From Candidatus Omnitrophota bacterium (GTDB taxonomy: Bacteria; Omnitrophota; Omnitrophia; Omnitrophales; Aquincolibacteriaceae), in NCBI GenBank assembly GCA_043732705.1, contig JAYTHE010000002.1, positions 191,608 through 255,607 of the forward strand: 64,000 bases of DNA, in the 5' to 3' direction. The notes beneath the pieces are model-generated. The model was not told the origin of the DNA. It saw only the letters and a program-made list of their open reading frames with translations, and did not search any database. Below are positions 1-8,932 of the stretch, piece after piece (within the stretch, counting starts at the first letter, position 1; every line of letters starts with the position of its first letter). The position numbers and the translations under genes were made by a program.

Positions 1-325
1 GTCTTTCGTGTTTCTGGCGGCAGGGAGTATTGCTTGGAGCATTTGCCGCCTCTGCCTAAGCCGTAACAGGCATTGAAGATTTAATTGTCAAATTTACTAT
101 CCTGATAGGCTTGAAGTTTGCTAGAATTCTCCAGAAGCCATCCGTAAACCTTCCCTGAGAATGGGCCGGCTTGATGACCTGCCGAAGCAAGGAAGACGAG
201 GAGTTCATACTGAGTAAGTATGGGCGACGAGTATGACGAAGTTGCAGGCATGTCAGCTGCGGCCACTTTCCGGTAGGGGTTTATGGATGGCTTCTAGTTC
301 CAATCCTCTCTGAGAGAAGGTATTC

Positions 326-1306
326 ATGAAAAAAAATTGGTCTTTTTCCCTTTTATTTATTTTAGCTTCATTGCTTATGCCGCTGTCTTACGCGGTCGCG
401 GATGACGCGTCGGATGTTATGGATGCCGCTTTAGCGGAACACACGCAAATTACTCAAGATAAAAAGACCGCTGCGCCCGTTGAACCTGTACAAAATTTAC
501 CTGCGATTGCCCAACCAGCTGTTGTAGCAGAAAAACCACATGTCCCTTCTGCCCCGGAATCCATGAAAGCGCGTGATGTTTTAACCCGTGAAGAACGGCA
601 CCATGCCGCTTCCGCGCAGGGAGATGAAGTTAACACCGAAAAATTAGATGCGGAGGGAAACCCGCTTCCGTCTAAGGATGCTATTTTAGAATCCGCTTCC
701 ACAAAAGGTGAATTGATGATTGCGGACTTTGATATTGGAGATAAGCCGAATAATTTAGGCGGAGATTTCGGAGGTTTCGCGAAAGACCCGAATGATGATA
801 CGCAAGACTGCCGTGCGACTTTCGCCTCGGATGATGCCCTTGGAAACATGGATGGGTTTGCTTTGCGGCTTGATTATGACGTTGATTCTCCTTCGCCGGC
901 GTATAACGGATTTTGGATGAAGCTTGAAAATCTTAATGCTACGCCGTATGACACGCTTTCTTTTTATGTGCGCGGAGCTTCGAAGCGTTTTACGAAGCGC
1001 CTAAAGGTTGAGCTTAAAAGCCCCGATCATCGCTCCGCGTCTTTTATCATCGCGGGCATCAGCGATCAATGGCAGAAAATCCAAATTCCTTTGAAACGTT
1101 TTAAAGGAATTAAAAATTGGTCGATTTTATCGGAATTGGTTTTGGTTTTTGATGATGTGAATACGGCACCCAAAAAAGGAACGCTTTTAATTGACCAAAT
1201 GATGTTTGAGCGGCATGAAAAGGGAATGGCCTCCTCACATCTGGCGCCCGAAAATATTCCAGTTTCCGCGAATTCACCGCAATTCGCCCAGCCAACACCA
1301 TCCTAA
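326..1306 (+). CDS. Secreted hypothetical protein with an N-terminal Sec signal peptide
   Basis: ATG at 326 preceded by a purine-rich stretch. The N-terminus (MKKNWSFSLLFILASLLMPLSYAVA) is a classic signal peptide. The remainder is acidic and Ser/Asp-rich with no catalytic motif recognised. Confidence 0.5.
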   Translation: MKKNWSFSLLFILASLLMPLSYAVADDASDVMDAALAEHTQITQDKKTAAPVEPVQNLPAIAQPAVVAEKPHVPSAPESMKARDVLTREERHHAASAQGDEVNTEKLDAEGNPLPSKDAILESASTKGELMIADFDIGDKPNNLGGDFGGFAKDPNDDTQDCRATFASDDALGNMDGFALRLDYDVDSPSPAYNGFWMKLENLNATPYDTLSFYVRGASKRFTKRLKVELKSPDHRSASFIIAGISDQWQKIQIPLKRFKGIKNWSILSELVLVFDDVNTAPKKGTLLIDQMMFERHEKGMASSHLAPENIPVSANSPQFAQPTPS

Positions 1307-1373
1307 TTTGTCCTCGCGAAAGGCTTGGGTTTTAATCATGATCCTGGGATTTCTTTTTGGAGGAGGCTCTTCG

Positions 1374-1880
1374 ATGCGCGCAAACTCCACTCAGTCGATT
1401 TATGATTTCAAAGCTAATTTAATTAATGGCAAAGAAAAACCCTTATCTGATTATAAAGGTAAGGTGCTTTTGATTGTGAACACCGCTTCCGGCTGCGGAT
1501 TTACCCCTCAGTATGCGACGCTACAAAACCTTTATGAGAAGTATCAAGCTCAGGGACTTGAGATTTTAGCTTTCCCATCCAATGATTTTGGCAAGCAAGA
1601 ACCGGGCTCCAATCAGGAAATTCAGCAATTTTGTAATTTGCGCTTCAAAGTAAAGTTTCCGCTTTTTGAAAAAGTTGATGTAAAAGGTAAAAATATTCAT
1701 CCGCTTTATCAGTATTTAACTGAAACGAGCCCAAAGAAAGGCTCGATCAAATGGAATTTCTCAAAATTCTTGATTGATCGCAATGGGAATGTTGTTGATC
1801 GTTTCGCATCTATGACCGACCCTATGGCTGGCAAAGTAGTGAAAGCCATCGAAGAGTTTCTCGCTCAGCCTGCCAAATAA
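1374..1880 (+). CDS. gpx: Glutathione peroxidase (BtuE/Gpx family)
   Basis: NTASGCGFTPQY ... ILAFPSNDFGKQEP ... KWNFSKFLIDRNG are the hallmark Gpx motifs. Start moved to the internal ATG at 1374, which follows GGAGG. The tracked ORF at 1206 would overlap the preceding gene. Confidence 0.85.
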   Translation: MRANSTQSIYDFKANLINGKEKPLSDYKGKVLLIVNTASGCGFTPQYATLQNLYEKYQAQGLEILAFPSNDFGKQEPGSNQEIQQFCNLRFKVKFPLFEKVDVKGKNIHPLYQYLTETSPKKGSIKWNFSKFLIDRNGNVVDRFASMTDPMAGKVVKAIEEFLAQPAK

Positions 1881-1924
1881 TTTTTGATTTTTACTTGAGT
1901 TCTGCTAGAATCCATCCCGTTTGA

Positions 1925-2110
1925 GACAGGTCTCGTAGTTTAAGGCTGGTAACAGACCTTAGATTTTCGAGTCAAATTGGAAGAAAGCGTTTCCTGAAAA
2001 GGAAATGACTTCGCCGTGCCGCGACTGTCGGCTGTGCTGCTTATGTTTTTATTCCTCGATGAAACTCGGAATAAGTGTAAGTAACACAACCTAGCCAGAT
2101 ACAAGCCTAT
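1925..2110 (+). promoter_or_regulatory. Candidate cobalamin riboswitch / 5' leader of the B12 uptake operon
   Basis: A 500-bp untranslated leader lies upstream of a BtuB-like receptor. Partial matches to cobalamin-riboswitch core elements: CCGCGACTGTCGGC (compare CCCGCCACTGT) near 2018-2032, and AGCCAGATACAAGCC (compare the 3' B12 box AGYCMGGAGACCKGCC) near 2090-2106. The match is imperfect. Confidence 0.3.
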
Positions 2111-2388
2111 TTCAGTTTTATTCCGCTCCTCATTGCGAGCTACAAATTGAGGAACGAGAGAGCCTTGCCCAAATCGCAATCTCCTTCGTTCTTCTTAGCT
2201 TACATTTCTATCGGTTTTTGTCGCGAATCGGCGTAGGTGCTGGGGATACAAGGCATACGAGCGAAGAACCCGCAGGTATACTCTTTGCAGTACACCGAGG
2301 GAAGCTTCGCGAGTATAACGCCGTAGACACAGCAAAATACGTCGATGTAGCAGAAAACGGATGAGAAATGTGAGCGTAAAGGAGATTC

Positions 2389-4596
2389 ATGTCACGTTTT
2401 ATTTGTCTTGTTCTCACCATTTTTTTAATTTCATTTTCCGCCCAAGCACGGGAAACTCAAACTACTGCGCCTGTTTCCACGATATCCAAAGAAGATATCG
2501 AAAAACCGAAAGACCCTGAAAATACAATTTATGTATCGGCGGCGCGTTTGCCGGTTTTAAAGCAAAAGCAAAGCAGCTCCTCGTCCAATGTGACCTTTAT
2601 TTCCAAAGAAGAATTAAAAGCAAAAAAATCCTCTTCGCTTCAAGATGCGTTGGTGTCACAGGAAGGCGTTGTGCTTTATGACGATGTCGGAAACGGCCTC
2701 GATTCAACTTTGAGTTTGCGCGGTTTTAACCGGGCGAGCGCGGTTACTTTTTTGGTGGATGGCGTGCGTGTCAATGAAATTGACGGAAATACAATGACCT
2801 TTCCGCTTGTCTCGATGGATGATTTGGAAAGCATTCAAATTGAGCGTGGCTCTTCTGCCGCAGTGTATGGCTCGAATGCCCTGGCGGGAGTGATCAGTAT
2901 TACCACGGGACGTCCCAGCAAAAAGCCATGGAGTTTATTCGGCGGATTTGATGTGGCGAGCCATCGCGGAATTCATTTTTATCAGGGTGTCAGCGGAACG
3001 GTTCAAGACCATTTCACTCCGCTTGGCGGGGCTTTTGAATATTATTTCAAAGGCGGACGAAATCTGGGCGAAGGTTTTCGCGGGAATTCCGAATTCCGTA
3101 TCACGTCCTTTGACCTTAAAACCGCCTATGTTTTGCCTGAGAATTCGGGGAAGGTTTATATCAACGCGAAACATACCGATGACATGATTTCTAATCCGGG
3201 CGAATTAACACGATTGCAATATGATGCTTCCGCGAAACAGACTAATAAGCCTTCAGACGCGCGTCAGTTTAGAAATACCATTGTTCAAATCGGCGCTGAT
3301 AAAAAGTTTTGGGATAATAAAATTACGGCATCACTTATGGGTGACTGGCGTTTCAATAGTCTTGATTTTGTTAATACGACGACGCAGTTCGGAACAAACA
3401 CGACTTTGGTGCAGTCCAAGTCGCGTACGCCCGAGCTTATCGGACAGCTTTCGTATGAAGATGCATGGGATTGGCTTACCAATACCAGTTTGATTGGTTT
3501 TGAAGTGCGTAAGACTTATGAGCTGGCCACGCGTATTGCCGCTCCGGGCGGGGCAGTTTCTCCCACGGCGGCAACATCGCTTGACCGCGACGGGCATTTT
3601 TTTAACTCCGCGCTTTTTTGGAATGAGCGCCTGGGATTGACTAAGTACGCAGATGTGAATGTGGGCATGCGGCATGATCATTACACTTTAAGAACGCTGA
3701 ACCCTAAATCTCCTTCGAGCAATTATTCGGGACGCTGGAATGATAATACGGTATCGACCGGCTTAACATTGCATCCGCTTAAATCAACCGACGTTTTTTT
3801 TCAATTTTCCCAGGGCTTTCGAGTCCCTAATTTGAGCGATGTGAATCCTTTTGCCGGTTCCACGCCGCCTGATTTTTTAAAACCTGAAACCAGCAATCAA
3901 TACGAGGTCGGAACCCGTTATGCTTTCGGCGATATTTTGAAATTGCGCGCAAGCTGGTTTTTAATCGATATGCAGGATGAAATCGTGAATGACACGAACG
4001 CTGTTTCTCCGACGAATCCGTTCGGCCAAAATATCAATGTCGGCAAAAGCCGCCGGCAGGGAATCGAAACGGGAATGGAAGTCAAACCGCTGCGGGAAGT
4101 TTCTTTTTTCGGGACATACACTTTGACGCATGCTTATGTGCGTGAAACCAATGTGGATGCTTTCGGAGGACAAATTTATGACGGCCGAGATTTGGGGCAA
4201 GTACCTCAAAACAGAATGACCTGGGGCACGGAAGTTAATCCTTTAATTCGTTTAGGAGAGCCTTTTGCCGGCCTCAAATTTCGCGTGGACGGTAATTTTA
4301 CCGGGCAACAGCACCCGCAAGGCTTTGAATCCACGCCTCAATCTTATTTGGACGCCACCGGCGGCGCAGGGCATGTGATCAAGTCTTTTACTTTGTGGAA
4401 TTTTCTGGCAAGTTATACGTTTAAAAAACAGGAAATCTACTTTAAGATTAATAACATGTTTGATAATAAATATTATTCTCGGGCTGTTGTTTCTGAGATT
4501 TTTGCTCCTGGAACTTACCCCGCCGGTATTGATACTTTTGTGAATTCCGGTGCGCCGCGCGAATATCTTATGGGAATGCGCTGGGAAATTGAATGA
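2389..4596 (+). CDS. TonB-dependent outer-membrane receptor, BtuB-like (vitamin B12/cobalamin)
   Basis: Signal peptide, a TonB-box-like ENTIYVSAARL, a plug domain (LRGFNRASAVTFLVDGVRVNE, SIQIERGSSAAVYGSNALAGVISITT) and a long beta-barrel. It heads an operon with btuF/C/D-like genes and cobO. Confidence 0.85.
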   Translation: MSRFICLVLTIFLISFSAQARETQTTAPVSTISKEDIEKPKDPENTIYVSAARLPVLKQKQSSSSSNVTFISKEELKAKKSSSLQDALVSQEGVVLYDDVGNGLDSTLSLRGFNRASAVTFLVDGVRVNEIDGNTMTFPLVSMDDLESIQIERGSSAAVYGSNALAGVISITTGRPSKKPWSLFGGFDVASHRGIHFYQGVSGTVQDHFTPLGGAFEYYFKGGRNLGEGFRGNSEFRITSFDLKTAYVLPENSGKVYINAKHTDDMISNPGELTRLQYDASAKQTNKPSDARQFRNTIVQIGADKKFWDNKITASLMGDWRFNSLDFVNTTTQFGTNTTLVQSKSRTPELIGQLSYEDAWDWLTNTSLIGFEVRKTYELATRIAAPGGAVSPTAATSLDRDGHFFNSALFWNERLGLTKYADVNVGMRHDHYTLRTLNPKSPSSNYSGRWNDNTVSTGLTLHPLKSTDVFFQFSQGFRVPNLSDVNPFAGSTPPDFLKPETSNQYEVGTRYAFGDILKLRASWFLIDMQDEIVNDTNAVSPTNPFGQNINVGKSRRQGIETGMEVKPLREVSFFGTYTLTHAYVRETNVDAFGGQIYDGRDLGQVPQNRMTWGTEVNPLIRLGEPFAGLKFRVDGNFTGQQHPQGFESTPQSYLDATGGAGHVIKSFTLWNFLASYTFKKQEIYFKINNMFDNKYYSRAVVSEIFAPGTYPAGIDTFVNSGAPREYLMGMRWEIE

Positions 4597-5450
4597 ACAA
4601 TAGTACCCGAGGCCCGAGGCCCGAGACCCGAGGGTTTCGGGAGCAGAACTTCTGGTTTGGGGCTTTGCTGGCATTATCAATATTGCTTTCTTCGAACTAT
4701 TCTGTTGCTGCCGCGCGCGTCGTTTCTTTAAACGCCTGTACCGATGAGCTTTTATTGCAGTTTGCTGAGCCGCAGCAAATCGCGGGTGTCACTCATCTTC
4801 TGCATTCACCGCAAAGCGAGGCTGTGCTTGACGATCATCCTGAAATTTTAAAATTATCCGGGGATGCCGAAAGAATTTATAAAATTCGTCCATCGATTGT
4901 TATTGCTGGCCCTTTTTCCAATCCCCAAACGCTTGAGCAGTTAAAACGAGCGCATATCAAGATTTTAATTTTTAGAGACCCGGGGAATTGGGAGGATTTA
5001 CTGCAAACGGTAAAATCTTTGGAGGAGATGCTCGGCACAACGCCGCAAATGGCGCTTTTCAGAAGAAATATTTTAAATTTAAACCTTCATGGCCCGGATT
5101 CTCAATGGGCCAGAAAGCGCGCGTTGTTCTGGAGCGCTGCCGGCCATGTTCCTGGCCGCGGCACATTTGAAAATACGATTCTTCAAACATTCGGAATGCG
5201 AAACGCGGTGAATTATGAAGGCTATGCTTTTCTTTCGCTTGAGAAGCTAATTCAGCTTCAGCCCGATATTATTATTGTGACTGAAGGCCCGAATCAAAGA
5301 AATTCCTGGAATCATGATACGCTTTTCCATCCCGCTTTGCGCGCGGCATTGCCGCATTTGGAATATATGCAAATTCCGGAAGAAGCAGTCAGTTGTGCTT
5401 CGGGTTATACCGTCGAAGTTTTAGAAAATCTTTTAAAGGGCAAGGCATGA
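4593..5450 (+). CDS. Periplasmic substrate-binding protein of an Fe-siderophore/cobalamin ABC transporter (BtuF/FecB family)
   Basis: RVVSLNACTDELLLQF ... IRPSIVIAG ... PDIIIVTEG pattern typical of class III SBPs. Its start overlaps the receptor stop (ATGA). Confidence 0.75.
   Translation: MNNSTRGPRPETRGFREQNFWFGALLALSILLSSNYSVAAARVVSLNACTDELLLQFAEPQQIAGVTHLLHSPQSEAVLDDHPEILKLSGDAERIYKIRPSIVIAGPFSNPQTLEQLKRAHIKILIFRDPGNWEDLLQTVKSLEEMLGTTPQMALFRRNILNLNLHGPDSQWARKRALFWSAAGHVPGRGTFENTILQTFGMRNAVNYEGYAFLSLEKLIQLQPDIIIVTEGPNQRNSWNHDTLFHPALRAALPHLEYMQIPEEAVSCASGYTVEVLENLLKGKA
4604..4641. repeat. Heptameric GTCTCSG-type tandem repeat, copy 1 (reverse orientation, in the btuF-like N-terminus)
   Basis: CCCGAGGCCCGAGGCCCGAGACCCGAGGG. 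Encodes RGPRPETRG. Confidence 0.8.
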
Positions 5451-6421
5451 AAAAAATCCATTGGATTTTAACCGCGGTTCTTGCGGCGTTATTTGTTGGC
5501 TCTCTTAATGCCGGAGCTTTGGATATTTCAATTTTTAAAGCCATGGCAGGTAAAGTTTCTGCGGCAGACGCTGCGATTTTTTGGCAAATCCGTTTTCCAA
5601 GGACTTTGCTTGCTTTGATGGTCGGTGTAACTTTGGGATTATCCGGTGCCGCGATGCAGGGTCTTTTAAGAAACCCTTTGGCTGATTCGGGCTTGCTCGG
5701 GATTTCCGGCGGCGCGGTACTTGGCGCAATGTTTGCGCTTTACTCAGGCATTACCGCCTGGGGAATTTGGCTTTTGCCCGCGGGCGGATTTTTAGGGGCG
5801 CTTGCGGCGGCAGCTTTAATTCTTCTTTTTTGCGTTCGGCGTACCGGTTTGCTTGGTTTAATTCTCGCCGGCACTGCCTTAAACACGCTTTTTTTCGCGC
5901 TGGGAAGTTTGCTGCTTAATTTTTCAAAAAATCCTTACGCAATTTTAGAAATTATTTATTGGCAAATGGGTTCCTTTGAAAACCGCACTGTGGAACAAGT
6001 GCTTGCCGCGGCGCCATGGATGATTTTAGGCTGGATTTTTCTTTTGCGAACGGCGCCTGCCCTGAGTCTTTTAACTTTGGGAGAGGATGTCGCGCGCACA
6101 TCGGGGGTTTCAATGCCAAAAACATTGCGTTTCGTTGTATTGGGTACGGCCTTTTCCGTGGGCGCCGCGGTTTCGATTTGCGGCAGCATCAGTTTTGTTG
6201 GACTTTTGATTCCGCATTTGATGCGCCCTTTCGTAAAACAGGAGCCGGGGCAATTGCTCTCCGTAAGTGCGTTAGCGGGCGGTATTTTTATTTTGCTCAC
6301 GGACTTAATCTGTCGCGCTGCCAGCTCCGGCGTGGAGTTAAAAATTGGGGTTTTAACCGCGCTTCTGGGAGCACCCTTTTTTATTTATTTGGCCTTTAAA
6401 ACACGGACACAAATTACATGA
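5447..6421 (+). CDS. FecCD-family ABC permease (BtuC-like)
   Basis: Ten or so TM helices and the FecCD signature region (TLGLSGAAMQGLLRNPLADSGLLGISGGA). ATG at 5447 overlaps the btuF-like stop. Confidence 0.85.
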   Translation: MKKIHWILTAVLAALFVGSLNAGALDISIFKAMAGKVSAADAAIFWQIRFPRTLLALMVGVTLGLSGAAMQGLLRNPLADSGLLGISGGAVLGAMFALYSGITAWGIWLLPAGGFLGALAAAALILLFCVRRTGLLGLILAGTALNTLFFALGSLLLNFSKNPYAILEIIYWQMGSFENRTVEQVLAAAPWMILGWIFLLRTAPALSLLTLGEDVARTSGVSMPKTLRFVVLGTAFSVGAAVSICGSISFVGLLIPHLMRPFVKQEPGQLLSVSALAGGIFILLTDLICRAASSGVELKIGVLTALLGAPFFIYLAFKTRTQIT

Positions 6422-7197
6422 GATTTTCACCATCCAGACCCTGTACACATCCGATGTGTACAAAGGTGCACATCGGATGTGTACAGGGGGTAAAGTTTGA
6501 AAACATATCCTGCAAGTTGGGCGGCCGGGAGATTTTGAAAAATCTTACCGGAGAAATTTTACACGGAAAAATAACAGCTTTACTTGGCCCCAATGGGTGC
6601 GGCAAATCAACCTTTTTGAAAGCCTTGCTTGGCTTGGTTGATTTACAAACGGGGGAAATATTTTTAGATCAGAAAAAAATAATGGGACTTTCTTCTCAGG
6701 CGTCGCTTTTGGGTTATATGCCGCAAAGCAAAGAGATTTATTGGCCATTGACCTGCGAAGCGATCACTATGCTTGGTACGGGCGGGCGAACCGAGGCAGA
6801 GATTAAGACTGTTTTCGAACGGCTTGGAATCATGTCTTTACGGGAAAAACAGATTGATCAGGTTTCGGGCGGCGAGCGGACATTAGTTTTATTAGCGCGT
6901 ATTTTAATAAGTAAACCGCAGGTGATTGTCGCAGATGAACCGATTTCTGAGCTCGATCCGGCTTATCAAATCAGAGTCATGAAAATCTTGCGTGAAGAAG
7001 CTCTGCGCGGTGCGATAGTTTTGGTAACGATGCATGATATTCATTTAACCCAGCGCTTTTGCGATGATGTCTTTTTGATGAAAGGCGGGGAAATTATTTG
7101 CGGAGGTTCCGCGTTTCATATATTGACCGAAAAGAATCTTCGGGAAACTTTCCAAATTTCATTTCGACCGGAAGTGGGGTTTTATGCCGAAGGATAA
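6418..7197 (+). CDS. ABC transporter ATP-binding protein (BtuD/FepC-like)
   Basis: Walker A GPNGCGKST, ABC signature LSGGERTLVLLARIL, Walker B VIVADEPISELD. The start is uncertain: ATG 6418 (ATGA-coupled), ATG 6454 or GTG 6466. Alignment to BtuD favours roughly 6466. All candidate starts lie in or next to a 20-bp perfect hairpin. Confidence 0.85.
   Translation: MRFSPSRPCTHPMCTKVHIGCVQGVKFENISCKLGGREILKNLTGEILHGKITALLGPNGCGKSTFLKALLGLVDLQTGEIFLDQKKIMGLSSQASLLGYMPQSKEIYWPLTCEAITMLGTGGRTEAEIKTVFERLGIMSLREKQIDQVSGGERTLVLLARILISKPQVIVADEPISELDPAYQIRVMKILREEALRGAIVLVTMHDIHLTQRFCDDVFLMKGGEIICGGSAFHILTEKNLRETFQISFRPEVGFYAEG
6439..6488. repeat. Perfect 20-bp inverted repeat with a 10-bp spacer at the btuC/btuD junction
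   Basis: CCCTGTACACATCCGATGTG-tacaaaggtg-CACATCGGATGTGTACAGGG. The arms are exact reverse complements. It contains the candidate btuD start codons at 6454 and 6466. Confidence 0.9.
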
Positions 7198-7750
7198 AGC
7201 TCCGCGCAAACATCAGAAGCCAAAACGTAAACCGGACAAAGGGCTGGTGATTGTTTATACCGGTAAAGGTAAAGGTAAAAGCACCGCTGCTTTTGGAACG
7301 GTTTTACGCGCGCTTGGTTACGGAATGAAAGTTGTGGTAATCCAATTTATTAAAGGGAATTGGCCTTCCGGAGAGGAAGCAGCATTAAAAAAGTTTGCTG
7401 AGTGCCGGTTTTTTAAAGTCGGCGAAGGATTTACGTGGGACACAAAAGATTTTGAACGGGATGCCGCGAAAGCCGCCCAAGGCTGGCTTTTGGCGCAGAA
7501 ATTTATTTTAGATTCTAAAATTGATTTAGTTGTGCTGGACGAAATTAATTGTTGTTTTGATTATGGGTTTTTAAAAATGGATCCGGTTCTTCAAATATTA
7601 AAAGAAAAGCCTTTGAAGAAGCATGTCATTCTTACGGGACGCGGCGCACCTAAGAAATTGATCCAGTTCGCGGATCTTGTAACAGAAATGAAATGTGTAA
7701 AGCATCCCTATGACCAGGGCATTTGGGCCCAGAAGGGCATTGATTTCTAG
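7184..7750 (+). CDS. cobO: Cob(I)alamin/cob(I)yrinic acid a,c-diamide adenosyltransferase (CobO/BtuR/CobA family)
   Basis: GLVIVYTGKGKGKSTAAFG P-loop, DLVVLDEIN, and a C-terminal HPYDQGIWAQKGIDF, all typical of CobA/BtuR. It overlaps the ATPase stop. Confidence 0.8.
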   Translation: MPKDKAPRKHQKPKRKPDKGLVIVYTGKGKGKSTAAFGTVLRALGYGMKVVVIQFIKGNWPSGEEAALKKFAECRFFKVGEGFTWDTKDFERDAAKAAQGWLLAQKFILDSKIDLVVLDEINCCFDYGFLKMDPVLQILKEKPLKKHVILTGRGAPKKLIQFADLVTEMKCVKHPYDQGIWAQKGIDF

Positions 7751-7756
7751 CTCATC

Positions 7757-7788
7757 TGTCATTCCCGCGAAGGCGGGAATCCAGGGCC
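7757..7788. repeat. Intergenic hairpin repeat, copy 1 (GTCATYCCCGCGMAGGCGGGRATCCAG)
   Basis: 8-bp stem ATTCCCGC / GCGGGAAT with a GAAG (GNRA) loop. The same 27-nt element recurs at 44331-44360 and 46601-46632. Confidence 0.8.
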
Positions 7789-7864
7789 TTTTTAGAAAAT
7801 GAAGCGATAGCAGTCTTCGGTCGTTGGTCCCTGCCTGCCCGTAGGCAGGTTTCGTCGAGTTGTC

Positions 7865-8077
7865 CTAAAGTTTATAGCGAATTTGGATTTGCGGCTTATC
7901 CCAATAAGGGCAATGACGGCAGCCCTGATTGCAGCAAAAGCCGCGGTCAATTAAATAAAATTCCGTATGCACAGTTTCCTGCGTAAAAGGATCTTCATAG
8001 GTCTTAAGCTTAGCCGCGCAGGCCGTTCGGTGAGCTTCCAAAGTTTCCGCGGGCAGGTTGGGATCGCGTGATGTCAT
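7865..8077 (-). CDS. Small cysteine-rich protein (C-terminal GFCCNQGCRHCPYW motif), hypothetical
   Basis: A 70-aa ORF with a clustered CCxxGCxHCPY motif suggesting metal or Fe-S binding. No family assigned. Confidence 0.35.
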   Translation of the reverse strand: MTSRDPNLPAETLEAHRTACAAKLKTYEDPFTQETVHTEFYLIDRGFCCNQGCRHCPYWDKPQIQIRYKL

Positions 8078-8098
8078 GCGCGCATTATAAATGAGGGT

Positions 8099-8180
8099 AC
8101 AAGTTATGAGCTATAACTTGTTTGACTCACTTTATCGTTTGTAGAAGCAGGCGAAGGAAGAGCGCACGCACCCTTCCTTC
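8099..8180. terminator. Two perfect stem-loops between the minus-strand Hsp20 gene and the small Cys-rich gene
   Basis: ACAAGTTAT-gagc-ATAACTTGT (8099-8121) and CGAAGGAAG-agcgcacgcacc-CTTCCTTCG (8150-8180). No clean U-tract follows either, so terminator function is unproven. Confidence 0.3.
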
Positions 8181-8188
8181 GTTAAATA

Positions 8189-8866
8189 TTAAGCGACGTT
8201 GATTTTCTTTGAAGCTTGTTCTTCGCTTACTTTGGGCAAAGTAATTGTCAGAACTCCATTCTGATAGTCTGCTTTTATATTGCCCTCATCAACGGGCCCC
8301 GGCAGTCTTAGACTACGAGAAAAAGATCCGTAGCTTCGTTCTTGGGTGTAATAGCTTCCGCTTTGTTCCTGGTTGATGCTTTCACGCATGCCTTGAATGG
8401 TGAGGATTTCTCCGCGAACGGTGATTTCAATTTTATCTTTATTCAGGCCGGGAATATCCACGCGCACGATGTAAGAATTGTTCTTTTCTTCCATGTCTAC
8501 TGAAGGCATGGAATCAATGCCCATATGTTGATTCATTTGAGTCATCATGCCCGGAAGGCCTGCCATGAACCCACCCATCATGTGCCCCATATCTTCCTGC
8601 ATTTGATCAAAGGCGGACCACGGGTCTTGATAAGTATTGGCAGAAAGGGGCTGGTGCTTTTGTCTCAATGCGTTTGAAAAAGTACTTTTTGGATAAGCTG
8701 TTGGCGCATTTTTAAAATGAAAGAGCTGAGCAAACTCTTTCTTTGAGTCGGATTCCTTTTTATTGAGCCAATAAAAAAAAGCACCTGTTTGTGTGATAAG
8801 TAACAGGGCTAATAAGATGCTTAGAATAGCGAGCCAATTTATTTTTTTATCATATGTTTCAGTCAT
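8189..8866 (-). CDS. Hsp20/alpha-crystallin small heat-shock protein with an N-terminal membrane-anchor extension
   Basis: C-terminal alpha-crystallin domain (YIVRVDIPGLNKDKIEITVRGEILTIQG ... GVLTITLPK). The N-terminus carries a hydrophobic helix (WLAILSILLALLLI). Start chosen at the ATG (8866) preceded by GGGAGG. The tracked ORF extends to 8917. Confidence 0.8.
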   Translation of the reverse strand: MTETYDKKINWLAILSILLALLLITQTGAFFYWLNKKESDSKKEFAQLFHFKNAPTAYPKSTFSNALRQKHQPLSANTYQDPWSAFDQMQEDMGHMMGGFMAGLPGMMTQMNQHMGIDSMPSVDMEEKNNSYIVRVDIPGLNKDKIEITVRGEILTIQGMRESINQEQSGSYYTQERSYGSFSRSLRLPGPVDEGNIKADYQNGVLTITLPKVSEEQASKKINVA

Positions 8867-8932
8867 GGCCGGTTCCTCCCTTAAGAACACCGTGAGAAAG
8901 CGACTATGCTTCCTCACGGTATTTCGACGAAA

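Noticed and set aside
1-325. Non-coding 5' stretch checked for RNase P RNA, tmRNA or 5S features on both strands (for example a CCGGAAAGTGGCCGC segment on the minus strand resembling the P4 GGAAAGTCCGGGC)
   Set aside because: Only a single partial box matched. Spacing is incompatible with RNase P (P4 strands about 120 nt apart) and there are no tmRNA tag or acceptor features. Most likely it is a 3'UTR or intergenic region, or the tail of a gene cut by the window start.
1206-1373. N-terminal extension of the glutathione peroxidase ORF overlapping the preceding gene
   Set aside because: The Gpx homology starts at the internal ATG 1374, which has a GGAGG RBS. The upstream extension overlaps the 326-1306 gene and has no Gpx similarity.
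2935-4680. Multiple 60-140-aa ORFs antisense to or nested within the TonB-dependent receptor gene (for example 2935-3174, 3331-3681, 3961-4209, 4252-4680)
   Set aside because: They are fully contained in a strongly supported 735-aa gene and have unusual composition. Typical spurious antisense ORFs. The same applies to nested ORFs inside dapL, the ABC exporter, the giant ORF, wzc-like and amt.
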